A stretch of 63,981 nt of DNA, filler included, from Hyphochytrium catenoides (taxonomy: Eukaryota; Protista; Hyphochytriomycota): assembly GCA_900088475.1 (NCBI GenBank). It is 8 parts of 8 records of this genome, joined end to end, with 100 filler letters (N's around TTAATTAATTAA, not from the genome) between each part and the next. Parts side by side here need not be neighbours in the genome. Positions count along the whole stretch, not along the records: positions 33,854 to 41,676 come from FLMG01003604.1; positions 41,777 to 44,668 come from FLMG01002315.1; positions 44,769 to 52,161 come from FLMG01004140.1; 5 more parts are not named here. The stretch is one strand, 5' to 3'. This document shows, one piece after another, positions 35,437 to 47,700 of this stretch (positions within the stretch are counted from its first letter, which is position 1; each line of letters starts with the position of its first letter). Under the pieces are notes generated by a model. That model was not told the DNA's origin, ran no database searches, and saw only the letters and a program-made list of their open reading frames with translations. A program made the position numbers and the translations under genes.

Positions 35437-36960
35437 CTAGCCATTCTGTAGCATGAGGTCCAGAGAGCGCTTCGCGTACTGTCCATGGTTCAGAGGCATG
35501 GAGAAGGTTGGCCATGCCATGGCAGCAGAGAGAGAGAGTCTTCCTGTAACAGTCTGTCCGCCATTGACCGAGTGAAGGGATGGTGCTCGCGGCAGGAGAG
35601 GAGAGGAGAGAGAAGGATCTGCGGGTGGATCTTCATTGTCCCCAACCTCAGTGTCGCTTGTCTCCAAGGAACTATCTCTCGCTTCGTTGCGATCGGGTGC
35701 CGACACTGGGGAGCCAATGGCATCTGCTGCACCTGCTGTCCCAACCGAGCGTGCATTTGTCCTTCTTCTTCTGTCCCGACCGCGCGTGCACTTTGTCCTT
35801 CTTGTCTCATCACTACTTCTTCTTCAGTATCTAGTGGTCCTGCTGCTTCAGCTGTAGTGGCTTCTTCGCTCGCGATTGTTGGGAACAGAGAGACATAACC
35901 ATGAGGCTCCTGCCTCCCGGCCTTCTTCAACAAAAATGCACCCGAGCGAGACGTCAATAATCACAATCACGCCGCACAGAGATTCTCTTCGTCCCAGGGT
36001 CATCCAGCCGATAGCCTTGCGTACCTGAGTCGTACCCTACAAAGATATACCGAGAGCTCCGTGCATCAAGCTTCTTGAGCATCGTCGAGGGCTTCAAGGC
36101 ATACGCCAGTGAACCAAAGACGCGTAGGTGACCAACATCAGGTGGCTTCCCGTACCATTTCTCGTACGGAGTAGAGCCGGCGAGAGAGCCCGTTGGGCAG
36201 CGGTTGACGACGTGAACAGCTGAGGCCAATGCATCTGCCCAAAAGAGGCTAGGCAGCGCAGCAGCAATTAAAAGGCATCTCGTCGCTTGCATGACAGTTC
36301 TCATCCAACGTTCACAGCATCCGTTGCTAGATGGCGAATAAGCAGGTGTAGGCGAGTGTAGTATTCCGCGGCGAGAGCAGACACTGTGAGCAGCGCCGCT
36401 CATGAACTCTCCCCCGCGATCGGAGCGATTCTCTTGACACGGTGACCCGTCTGGTTCTCCATAGAGAGAACAAGCTCCTCCAGCTTACTTTCTGCCTCTG
36501 CTTTGCTTCTAAGAAATTGTACAAAGCACCTCCGCGAGTGATCATCTACAACGAATAGGAAGTATACATAGCCTTGGTAGCTACTAGTATTGACAATGCC
36601 CACATCAGGGTGCAGAAGTTGAAGCAGTCTTGTTGTCTTGCGAGGCTGAGCGTGGTAAGGCTTAGGTGTTAGCTTGACTAGGATGCAGGTCTCACAGAGG
36701 CACGGCAGCTGACAAGCTCTATCAAGAGCTATACCTGAGGCCCGTACGGCTAGTCTCGAATATCTGTATGATTAAGATGATTAAGCCGTTTGTGCCACAG
36801 GGTGACAGGCTCTTGCTTGCTAGTAGCTGTGGCTAGTCTTGGAGGAGAAGAGTCACCTTGTCCCCGTGCATGGCAGTGTCCGAGGAGTAATAAACGGTTC
36901 CATTGGTCAAACCAATAGATCCGAGAGTCGTCTCATGTTGGGTCAAAAGAGGGCGTTCCG
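35437..36960 (-). mobile_element. Ty1/Copia element A pol pseudogene: GAG-pre-integrase, integrase and start of RT
   Basis: Motifs: LWHKRLNHLN..CETC (HHCC), YFLFVVDDHSR, frameshifted RI(R)SDRGGEF, SNGCCER, FWADA..NR.P..TPYEKWYGKPPDVGHLRVFGS, KKLDARS..FVGY and EPWTVREALSG..EW. Integrase precedes RT, which is the Copia domain order. Confidence 0.92.
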
Positions 36961-37151
36961 ACAAAGAAAATACTGGAGAAAAAGAGAATGGCCAGGGATA
37001 GAAAAAACGAGAGGAAGGCTTAGAAAGAGACAGGGAGGGATGAGAGTTGGTGTAAGTAGTCTATAAAGAAGTCGATACATATATGTGGAGGCCTTGCCCC
37101 AGAGAAAGAGAGAGAGAATCTTGGGACAGAAAGGGAGAGAGGGGAAAAGAA

Positions 37152-37215
37152 GCGGGAGAAGAGGAGACGCGGGAGAAGAGAGAAGACGCGGGAGAAGAGA
37201 GAAGACGCGGGAGAA
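37152..37215 (+). repeat. ~19-bp minisatellite (gcgggagaagagagaagac), ~3.4 copies
   Basis: Read directly from the sequence. Confidence 0.7.
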
Positions 37216-40009
37216 AGTAAGGGACAGCAAGCAGAGTTGAAGAGAGAAGGAAAAGACAGAGACTGAGAGAAGTCAAACAGCCCTCAGAGAGATCCTCAGA
37301 AAGAACAAAATATCTACGTAGAGGAGCGACTATTGTGCACCGTCTGGTAAGCAGGAGAGAGAATGAAATACATGAGTCTACTCTGTGACCGAGAGGAGCA
37401 TAGAGGAAGAGGCAGAGAGAGAGAGAGAGAAACCGAAGACGCACAAGAGAAACGACTGAGACGGCCCCCAGTCGAGCCTTTGTCCGTTGCTGGAACTTTT
37501 TTCGTCTCGAATGTGTAATGCTCGGCTCCTCTTCTCCCTCAGACTCTCCTTCTTCTTCCCTCAGTTCATCTGCCTTCTCTCCTTTTATCTTTCTCCTCTC
37601 TTTTGCTGCGGCTGCTGAAATTCAGCAGGGTTGAAAGGGAGAGATGAGAGTGGCAGCAGGAAAGAGCCCTGGTTCTGTTGCCTCAAGTGACCCATGTTAC
37701 CCAGAATGTAGAATAGATCCGACCACCACGCTGTCGCCTGTCTTTAGCCAGAGAGGTGGTCTTCTGCCCTACCCACTTTAGGGGCTCCTCCTTCTCACGA
37801 GCTAACTGAAAAGACAGCATCGGGATTGTTTGCGCCTCTGCCTATTCCGCTGGGCTTTCCACACTTTCCAGACAGGACGTAAAAGGAAGAGATAAAGGGG
37901 AGAAGCACCGTTGTGTACAGGGAACGGCCCTTCCTACCCAGATAACGACCAAGCATGGCATCGGTGCGAATATTATAACCGGGTTACCTGCATTGCACTA
38001 CCGTTCGACCCTTTGCCCCGGAAACCAAATCTTCGAGGTCGCCGTCACAAGAAAAGAGGCACTATTGGCCCACGTTCAGGTGGAAGGAGTAAGTCCTGCC
38101 GTTTAAGCTTCTAGCGGGCGGCGAATATTTAGGTTAAACAGTCCACAAACGGTAGACTGAAGTTGGTTTCTGCTCTTGTCTTTTTATGTTTCTCCTCCTC
38201 CCCCTGTGCTCTAAAGGCTCCCCTTCTCCTTCCCTTACTGCCGCCTCTCTGCTCTCGCCCCAGTTAGGCGCCATCTCTTTGTCTGTTTTTTGCCTCTTTC
38301 TCTATTAAACTCTATTTAGCTCGACTCTGTCTCTCTCTATCGCCCTCTCTGTTTCTCAGGTCCAGAAGGTTTACTTCTGCCACGTTCCTCCCCTTTTCTC
38401 ATCAATCTCTCCTCTTCCTCGCTATCTTTGCCTCCCTTTGTTCCCTCTTTCTTTCTCTCTATCTCTTGTTCATCTCTCTACCTCTCTTTTCCATCCTTTC
38501 CTTGGCCTTTTTTTCTCTTTCTGTCAGACCTTCTCCCTCCCGCTCTTACCTATCTCTATCTTTCACCATGTCTTTCTCTCTTCTCTCTCTTCTCTCTCCT
38601 TTGTCCACTTTCCAATACTCCTCGGGCTCTTCTGTGTCTTTTCACCCTCTGTCGTCCTACCGCTGACCTTCAACATTCCTCTGTCTTTCATCCCAATATC
38701 TTTCTCTTTCCTGCCTCCTCACAGTTCTCTATCTCCCCTCCAGAGGTGCGTCACTCGGAGACATACAATGTAGAACTGAAGAGAGACAGACGACAAGAAA
38801 GAGCGAATGAGCGGGCAGGAACTGACAAGCGACAGGCACACACAGTCCATCACTTGGGAATGTTCTCTCTTTTTCTTCCTCCTTTCTCTTCTGGCATCAC
38901 CACTAGATCATGCCGCTAACTCCTCCGCCCAAAAGCCGCGCCCTAAGACGCAAGGGCAGCCTTTGTACACTTTTGCCTGGTGCCAGCAGTGGAGAGAAAG
39001 AGGCCCAAACAACTGGACGGTCTCTCCTCTTAGGGAACCCGCCAAAATGGAGTCAGAAGAAGGAGGAGGGAGCTCCATAGGACAAAACCTATGTGGGACG
39101 GAGAGGATAATGGCAGCAAGGGGAAGGAGATGTGCTAAGGTTTACAAGCGAAGAAAATATGTGTGCTAAAGAGCGAGGATGGAGCTTCTGTCTTTGGGTC
39201 CTTTCGCCATTGGTCAACACTCTGTCTCGTTCCTCTTTCTTCTTGAAGCTGTCATCTGCAGGTTGAGTTGAGAGTCTCTCTCCCTTTCTCTCCGATTCTT
39301 CTTCTTTCCGTTCTGCTTCTCATTCTCTCTCTCTCTCTCTCTTGCTCTCTCTCTCCCCCCTCTCTCTTTCTCTCTCTTCCTCTCTCTTTTACTGTGGCTC
39401 CTCCTATGCTTTCAGGGTTTCCAGGTCCTCATTCTTCAATCTCTCCAACAGCCGTAGCAGAGGGCCCGCTTAGCAGAGTTACCGCGCTGTGTATGACGCC
39501 TTCAAAGCAGGAGAACGACGAGGATCAACTCAATCATCTCCTCTTCCAGACGGACTTCCCACTCATTCGAGCCCAACAGAAGGCTGAAGTGTTGGAACCT
39601 CAAACTCAAAGTCAATCGCCTCTTCTCATTTTGTTTATCTCTCCCTGGCCGCCGACTCGCTCAGCCTCTGTTGTCTGTCGCCCCTCCCCTCACTGGCTGC
39701 GCCCATACTACCGCGCTCTCCTGGCCCATATGCGTGCAGACGAGGAAACGAAGGGTAGACGGGAGAAGCTAGAGAGACTGGGGACATGCAACCTTCATAT
39801 CTTTCGAGCTGTGAAGAGGTGACTGATGATGGAGAAGAGAGGAAGAGAGAAGGAAAGAGCTCACATCGAGTTGCTGATGATTTAGGATGACGGCTTCTCC
39901 TGCTCGTAGAAAAGGAGACGAGAGGCAGGGCAGCAAGGAAAAAGATTGAGCAAGAAGCCGAGGCACTGAGGAGCAAGAACGTAGACGCGATAAGGTGCCG
40001 CAAGAATCA

Positions 40010-41676
40010 AGAGAGAGAGAGAGAGACGCAGGGACAGGGCCGTTAGGGGAGGATTGTGCTCCATCTCCGTTATCACTCTTATTTCTCTCTTACCTCTCTC
40101 TCTCTCTTTCCCTCTCTCATTCTTCCATTTCTATGGTCGTCTCTCTCTCTTCTTACTTCCCTTTCCCTCTCCCTTTTCTCTCTGAGACATCACTCTCTTC
40201 ATCTCATCTCTCTTTCCCTATTTCTTTCGGCACTTTCTCCCCTCTCTCATCCTTTCTCCCGTTATCCTCTTCTGCGGCCTCACTCTCTCTGTGTTCTAAA
40301 CTGATAATTTTGTCGTCCGGGTGTCTTTGCCTGTTTCTGCTGCGGATTTCGTCTCTATCTCCCATCTCTCTTGTCCTCTCTCTCTCTTGTCCTCTCTCTG
40401 TTATTCTCCTTTTCCTTTCCTTTTCTCTCTCTCTTGTTTTCTCTCTCTTGTTCTGCCTTTCTTGTTTTCTCTCTCTTGTCCTCTCCCTCTCTTTCTCCCT
40501 CTCTTGCTCTCTCTCTTGTTCTCTCTTTCTTGTTCTCCTTTGCTGTCTCCTTACCTTCTCTTCGCCTCTCTGTCTCTCTTCGCTCGCTGCTCTTGCTAGC
40601 GCTCTCTCTCTCGTAGGCAGAAGCACAAGACTAAAGGAAGATCGCTGCATCTTCTGCGGCCCTTTTCCCCTCTCCTTCCTATATTTCTGGCTTCTCTTCT
40701 GGTGAGGTCGAGGAAGAGAGAGAGAGGCAGTCGACAGACATGCAAAAGAAGATGTCAGAGGAGAGAGAAGAAAGAACAATGAAATCCACGACACGAGAGA
40801 GAGCCAAGAACGAAGAAAGGGTTAGTCTAAGGTGCTGAGAGCCGCTAGCTGACGAAGACAGAAAGTGAGACAGAGACCAGGAAGAGAAAGAGACCAGAAA
40901 AGCCTTTAGAACAAGAGGTAAAGGGCGAAACATTCTGTTCACTGGCCACTTTCCAGGCGGCTATAGCTCATCAGGTCTGCCTCCGGTGCGGGCCAAAAGG
41001 TCGGTGCACCTTCTCCCTCTCGTGGTCTGCTCTTTCTCTCCTCTTCGGTTGTGCTTCTCTAACTCTCTCTCCCCCTCAGTCCTCCCCCTTTCCTCTGGCT
41101 CTTTCTCCAGTTTCTCTCTGTTTCTCTCCGCCTCTCTCTCTGTGTCTGTCCTTTCTCTCTTCCCCCCTCTCTCTCCCCCCTCTCTCTCTCTCTCCCCTTC
41201 ATCTATCTCACGGCTTTCTTTCTCTCTCTCTCACTGTCTGTCCTTTCCCTCTTGCCCTCGTTCTCTGTTCTCCCTCTCCTGCATATTCCCCTCAGTCTTT
41301 CTGAGTTTTCTCTTCTCACATTCACCCTTTCTCCTCTCTCCCTCTCCCCCCCTCTCTCTCTTTACGCTTAAATTTTTCTCTCTCTCCTTGTCCCTCCCTC
41401 CCTCTATCTCTCCCCGTCGTACTCTCTCCGTCTCTCACTCTCCTCTTCTGTTTCTCTCGCTGTCACTCTTCCCTTTCTTCGCCCTATCCTTCTCTTTCCC
41501 CCTCTCTCTCTCTTTCTCTCTTTTTTCTCTGTCTCTGCTCTCCCTCTTTTGCTTCCCTTCTCTCCTGCTTTTTCTGCTCTCCCTCTTTCCCTCCATCTCG
41601 CCGTCTTTTCTTCTGGTCTCCATCTCCCTATCTATTTCTCGCTCTTCCTTCCTTCCTTTCTCTCTCTCTCTCTCTC
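40010..41676. repeat. Mostly CT-rich microsatellite / low-complexity tract
   Basis: Near-continuous polypyrimidine on + with a short AG-rich interruption at ~40.7-40.9 kb. Similar tracts occur at 1-6 kb, 52.3-53.2 kb, 61.2-62.5 kb and 63.0-63.2 kb. Confidence 0.9.
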
Positions 41677-42711
41677 NNNNNNNNNNNNNNNNNNNNNNNN
41701 NNNNNNNNNNNNNNNNNNNNTTAATTAATTAANNNNNNNNNNNNNNNNNNNNNNNNNNNNNNNNNNNNNNNNNNNNGACGGGTGGGGTGGCGGGTGCCTG
41801 GCCTGTTCCTCTTGCTGCTTTATTATTATATGATAGACCTGAGCATCTGGCCTTAGAGATCCAGGACCTACTGTTGATGGTGATGATGCGCTGCCTCTTA
41901 CTTTCTATTGCCAGCAGCAGCAGGGACGATACCACTGCCACTAGCAGCCAGCCAGCGGGCGCCGGGGCCGGGGGCCCATGGCCTCTCCCATCCCTTTCTG
42001 GGCTCCTGCTGCTGCTCGTACCTGCCGCAACCCACACCAAACAGGCTTGACTAGTGGTACATAATGCTCAGAGGTTGAATGAAGTCGGGACGCCAGGTTA
42101 TGGAGGACGAGGTAACTGGGAGGCAGGAGGAGGAGGGATCACGGTTGGGGTAAGACGAGAGCGGCGATGATGGCTAGAAAGGGAGGAGGAGGAGCTGACA
42201 TCAGTCGTGAGGCTAAAAGTAGCTCCATCGCCGGTCTTTCTCTTATCCCTCCTCCTCATGCCGCTCCATCCCCGTTCACATTCTGGCTGGTACTACTTTT
42301 GCCGCTCTCACCATCAACAAGGAGTAACGGACAGTAGTTCATTGCTTGCCAAACTTAGACTGCTCTAGAAAACCTCTGCTGACTGACAGCGCGTGAATCG
42401 GGCATGTTGCATTTAAAAATAGAAGAGCGATCAAATGCGACCATTCTTCGTTCCCGTCCTTCTCCTCCTCCTGCTGAGCGCCGCGGCCAAGAGCAGTCGC
42501 CAGTAGTTCCACCCAGCACCACATAATAACTGCTCAAATCCGATTCCCCGTCTTCGTTGTTCCGCCTTCTCACCCTGTCGCTACCACTTCTGGAACAGCC
42601 ACCAGCATCAACGTTCCTAATCGCTGTCCTCTACTTCTTTCGCCGTTTCCGATAGTCTCAGGACATGCGCCGTCCAGATCCTCTGCCAGAGCTCCAAAGT
42701 AGTAGGCAACA

Positions 42712-44668
42712 ATGCGTTTCAGTTACCTTCTCAGATGGCTGGCCGGCTTGTGCTGCGTGTTGATCTATGTAACCACGATCCCTCGAGCCTACCTGCTGTT
42801 TGCGCCCACTCTTGAGGTTACGTCGGAGACGTGGATCAGCGCTCCAATGACCAGGAAGGACGTGCCCTCTGCCGCGAAAGGGGTGAGCATTGCGTCTCAA
42901 GTGATCTTGGAAGCAGGAACCCTACCGGAAAGAAGGGATGGCACGAGAGCTGGTGGTGTGAGAAGAGGAGGTGGAGTCCGCGCTTTGAGCTTCTACCGTC
43001 AGACAAGCAACAGACTCACCTCTTCTCCATCGTCGTTCTCCTCCTCCTCTTCCAGTGCTGCCACTCCTTTATGTCATGAGATGCTGATAGAGTGGGCTGA
43101 AGCCTGCGTAAGGACTGGCGTGCCTCTGCATGAGACATGTGATACCCCTGAGTTCAATGAAGGCCGCATGTGCATTCTAGAAATTGACGAGAGAGATCTA
43201 GTGACGGATCGGAATCCAAAACAGCAGCAGCGAAACGCATCTTCTTCTTTCAATTCCCAGTGGAAGGTTGACTTCACGCACTCCCTAGAGGCCCTGCTGG
43301 TGGGATACTATAGCAAGTACGCCCCATCAATCTTAGACCCCGCCTCTCAGGCTGAAGTGGTGCTGAAGGCGCAGGCAGGATATGGCAGCTGCAAGACCAT
43401 TCAGGAGGGGAAGCATGCGCCCGGCTGGCTTACTCCTTACCTCGTAGCGGCAGAGCTCAAGCAGGAAAATGTCACAAGCGAAAACGGGGTTATTACCTCC
43501 AGCACCGCCCAATACCAGGAAGTATATAGACAAACGATGGAAAAGACGTATCAGAAATTATGGGGCAACTTCTCCTTGACGTTTCACGATATTCCTGCTG
43601 CTACGTCTCAGACGCGCACTGTCAGCCAGTATATTCCTTCTTTGATCAGCTCTTTGAAGTTCTTCCCGTTGTCCGAGACAATGGCGCCTGAGGGCTTTCA
43701 TGATAACTTCATGATGCTTAAGGCATTGGTTCCGGGCTGCGATTCCATCTCCAGGGCCAACTATCTTGTCTCCAACTGGCGCGCCACGTACTATAATGCC
43801 AGCAGACTGAGGCTCGAGGTGCAGGGAAATGGCTGGAGCTTTTCCTCGCCTGCCATCGTCGCCATGGAGCTGTTGCGAGTTATAAGTTATGTGTCCCAAT
43901 ATTATGATCTCTCTCCTGATGACACTGGGCGATTGCTGTTCAAGGGAAGAGAACTGGATGCCGGCGCTGGCTGTGCCGCTGGTGGCACCAACAAGATATC
44001 GGACGCCTTCGTCTGTGCAGCAGTCAGGGGAAACCTCCCTTTTACGTTCAACACAAGGAGAATGGTGGCGGGACTTATTACGGAGAGTCCGAAGTTCCGC
44101 GCCGCGCTTCAGTCAGACTTCTCTAGTCTATTCAAGGTTCTGCAAAATCTCCATCGAAACCTGAAGCTCAGGATGAGAGCCAAAGCAGGGGCTCGAGTGG
44201 GATCTGTTTATGATTTGGATGTGACCTACATGCGGGATGTGAGCCCCATAGATCGGACCTGGGCCGTGTACCAAGACAGTCCTTACTTGACAGGCACATA
44301 TATGGCGCGGGTCGGCTTCTACTCCACGGCGTTGCACAATAATCTCTCTGACAGCACCGCTGGGTTTGCCCAGATGCTAGGCTCCACAATGGACAGCAAC
44401 ATTCTCGCTGGTCACTTTTCTGTCATGTTCCTGGAGGGCAGCGGACTTCCTCTTAATCGCCTTGCCAATCTCACGCGAGACACTTTGAGGATTGGCGGTT
44501 ATGCAGACGCAGACCTGGGGAATCGCTTGGTGGTCGCAGCAACCAAAACGAATATCTCAACCGCGGGAGGTGTGCGTGGCAACCCGCGGTCCATCGCCTA
44601 TGAGACCAGAAATCTCACTGGCTGCAGCCTAGACGCCTATAAAAGGAGCGTCAGGACCACGTTATTCG
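42712..44668 (+). CDS. N-terminal part of a large secreted/membrane protein (signal peptide or anchor plus unrecognised domain); frame runs into the gap
   Basis: ATG at 42712 with hydrophobic N-terminus MRFSYLLRWLAGLCCVLIYVTT. About 650 codons have no stop until the artificial linker, with several N-x-S/T sequons. Confidence 0.75.
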
Positions 44669-44768
44669 NNNNNNNNNNNNNNNNNNNNNNNNNNNNNNNN
44701 NNNNNNNNNNNNTTAATTAATTAANNNNNNNNNNNNNNNNNNNNNNNNNNNNNNNNNNNNNNNNNNNN

Positions 44769-47700
44769 GAAGAGCCGGAGGATATCTTCTGTCCTCCAGA
44801 TTCCAGATGGAGTTTATCAAAATGTCCTTACTACCCATACCTGTGCTATAGGGGTCCGCAAGGAGCTTGTGCGAAAGGGTTATGCGTGACGCCAGAGGAA
44901 ACTTTCCGTCAATGGGAAGTGGGCTTCTACGACCTTTATCTTGGGTTAGGAAGGTCCTTCTTCACCCCGCTAAGCAGAAAATTCTATGTCTACGACCAGA
45001 ACAGTCTATTTGACGCTCTCCCATACCCTCTTAAGTTTGCCTCACTATCTTCTGGGGGCAGTAGTAGGGTATACTTTACAGGACAAGGTATCAACAGAGC
45101 TATGAGTCCAGTGCTAAAGCTCTTCACCGAAAGTCCAGCTACTGTAACGGAGAGCAAGGGCATCATCGATATTTTCCGGGGGACGCCAATGGCTCAATTG
45201 GGTCCGTTAGGTAGACTGAACGTCCCTGCCATGCTGTCTGAGCCTCAACGATTTCAATTTGTTTTAGGAGGAAAGGAGATAATGGCTGCAAGGATCCGTG
45301 GTGGCTACAGCATCAGAGGACTAAGACTTCGTGTTCGAGGAACCCCATGTGGCAACCTCGTTCAGACCAAAGTTGCTTATCGTTGGTTCCAGGTGCCAAT
45401 GTCAGAAGTCCAATTTCCTTCATCGCGGCGAGAGAGGTTAGAGGCGGCCGCGTTTTATGAGGAGCTAGATGAGACTATGGCGCTAGAGATAGAAGTTGTG
45501 CGCGAACTAGGTAGGCTGCCCTTACCCGTGCCTACGGTTCTCCTTTATACTGCCTTAGAGGACGGAGAGATCCCTATCTCTGAGGTAACAGAGGCTGGGG
45601 AATGGATAAGTCTAAACCTCATAAGGGCCATAACCATTCCCGGTGAGCTCTCCTCCCTAGTGCTGGTGATGGAGCTTAGCTATAATACCCCACATGCTCT
45701 TCCAAGTGCTTCAGACTGCGGGAACTGGTATTTTCGCGACACGATGGGAGAAAGCCGCGTGTATTGGGAACATCCGAGCTCCAGTGCTACCCAGAGAGGA
45801 GAATATGAGTGCCATTCCATGAGTTCCTTGGCGGTAAATGGAACTATATTCTGTGTAGGGAAGTTCTTTCCCTTCCTCACTTTCGAGACATCAACGCTAC
45901 TGTTTTCAATTCCGGTCCCTTCCGACAGCAGCAGGGCCTCGGCTGCCATGTCGCTGGATATTTCTGCTAATAACGGGAACCAATACCTTCTGGAGTCTCT
46001 AAAAGAGATTGAGCCTGCCGTGCATTTCCAGTTAAAAATGACGGGTCTTGCTCCCTCCGAACTGCGCAACCAGACGATCCTTAAGCTTTTCAAAGAGTCG
46101 ATTGCGGCTGTTTCTTCTCTCCCTCTGGCCAACGACAATATTGTGATCGTTGGTCTTGTTGATCTATCCTTGTTGAAGTTTTCTGGGGAAGTCAATACCA
46201 GCAGGAGGCGGCTTGCAGAGGTGACACCCTCCGCGTTGATCTCGTTGAAGATTATCTCTTCAGCTGCTGTACCGGTCAATGGAACAAGTGCTCACATCCT
46301 TAAGGACGCCTTGACTCTTTCCGTTTCAAACCAAGAATTGAACTCTGTCATGCAGCAGAAAGGATTGGCTATCTCAGCAGACCCGTCGTTTGTTTCTGGG
46401 ACAGTAGTCGACCCTGCCAGCAGTATCTTTTTCAATTCCACAGCTCTTACAATTGACGTTTTGACTGGTGTGACTTTGACGGATTTGAATCCTTCCTCTG
46501 GTCCATCGACTGGCTGCAGTGCGGGTGCCACCTCTTTTATCGATCTGCAGGAAGGAGTCGCCATTCTTGAGCAGTGTAAGCTGATGGAAAAGGTGCTTGA
46601 CATTAACGGGGAGAACTTTCTCTTGTCAGCTCAACGACCCAGCGCCAGTGTGGGAGGGCTTGGACAGAAGAATCTCTTTGTAAAGTGGTACCTGACGCGT
46701 GACTTACAGTCTTACGTGATAACTATCGGAGAAATTGTGAGCGACACAAAGATCATCACCTGGCCCCCTCCTTTCCCTGCTACTAGCACGGACTTGAAGT
46801 TGAACGGGTATGCAACAGCAGTGGTCACTATCTCTTTTAACGGAGAGGACTTCTCAGATGCCAATATCGGACTAAATAGAGTGTTTTATCTTCCGAGCGC
46901 GGTCAGCACTGTCTATCCTCTGAAGGTGCCTCAAAGTGGCTTGTGCGATACTAGGAGTGATATTGGAAACTGTCAGAAAGAAGGTGATCCCGTCTACATC
47001 ACGCTTAATGGAACAAACATTTTCAAGAGGAGAAAGAAGCTGAAGTGCTTGTTCTATCAGTCTACCGGGGCCGTAACTCAGGTGGAAGCCATTATATCCA
47101 AAGAGTTTTTTGAGTTTAATGGCACTGTGCAATGCAAGGTCCCACCTATAGAAGCGGGTGTAGCTCGAGTGACCTTCAGCAACAACAATGGGGAAGATGT
47201 CGCTTCTCCTGCAACAGACGAGGAAGCTACCCTTCCAGTCATTCAGTCTATCCCGTGCGCACAGGGATTTGTGGCTACCACTCCTCAAAGTAAGTGCGTT
47301 CAGTGTCAACCCGGCCAATTCCAGGCCTCTAACACACAGTGCAAGAACTGTGATTTCAATTTCTATTCGGAGAACTATGGAGAGCAGCGATGCTACTCCT
47401 GTCCTCCGAACAGCAAGACGAGCTCTATGGGCACTCCTTCCTTGTCTCTCTGTCTTTGCAAACCGGGCTTCTATAACTTTTCAAGCAATGGCGTGGACTA
47501 TAAGTGTACGACCTGTGTAGACAATGCGGCCTGCGAAGGCAGTAACAAGTGGCCATACCCTATTCAAGGCTATTGGGCCAACCTGCGAGATCAAGGACTA
47601 GGTTGGGAAATGGAAGCTCCTGTCATGGAGCGGTGCGTGCCGCTTACTGCATGTCTGGGAGGTGCCCAGTCAGCTTGTAAGCAGGGTTATAAGGGCCCTC

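Noticed and set aside
37152-37215. Repeated units as a CRISPR-like array
   Set aside because: They are head-to-tail minisatellite units with no unique spacers, in a eukaryotic context with no cas genes.
39995-41732. Long Leu/Ser-rich membrane-like ORFs and Arg/Glu-rich antisense ORFs (also at 1-2.4, 5.2-6, 38.4-38.9, 52.2-53.1 and 61.2-63.2 kb)
   Set aside because: They are translations of (CT)n/(AG)n tracts, which lack stops by composition.
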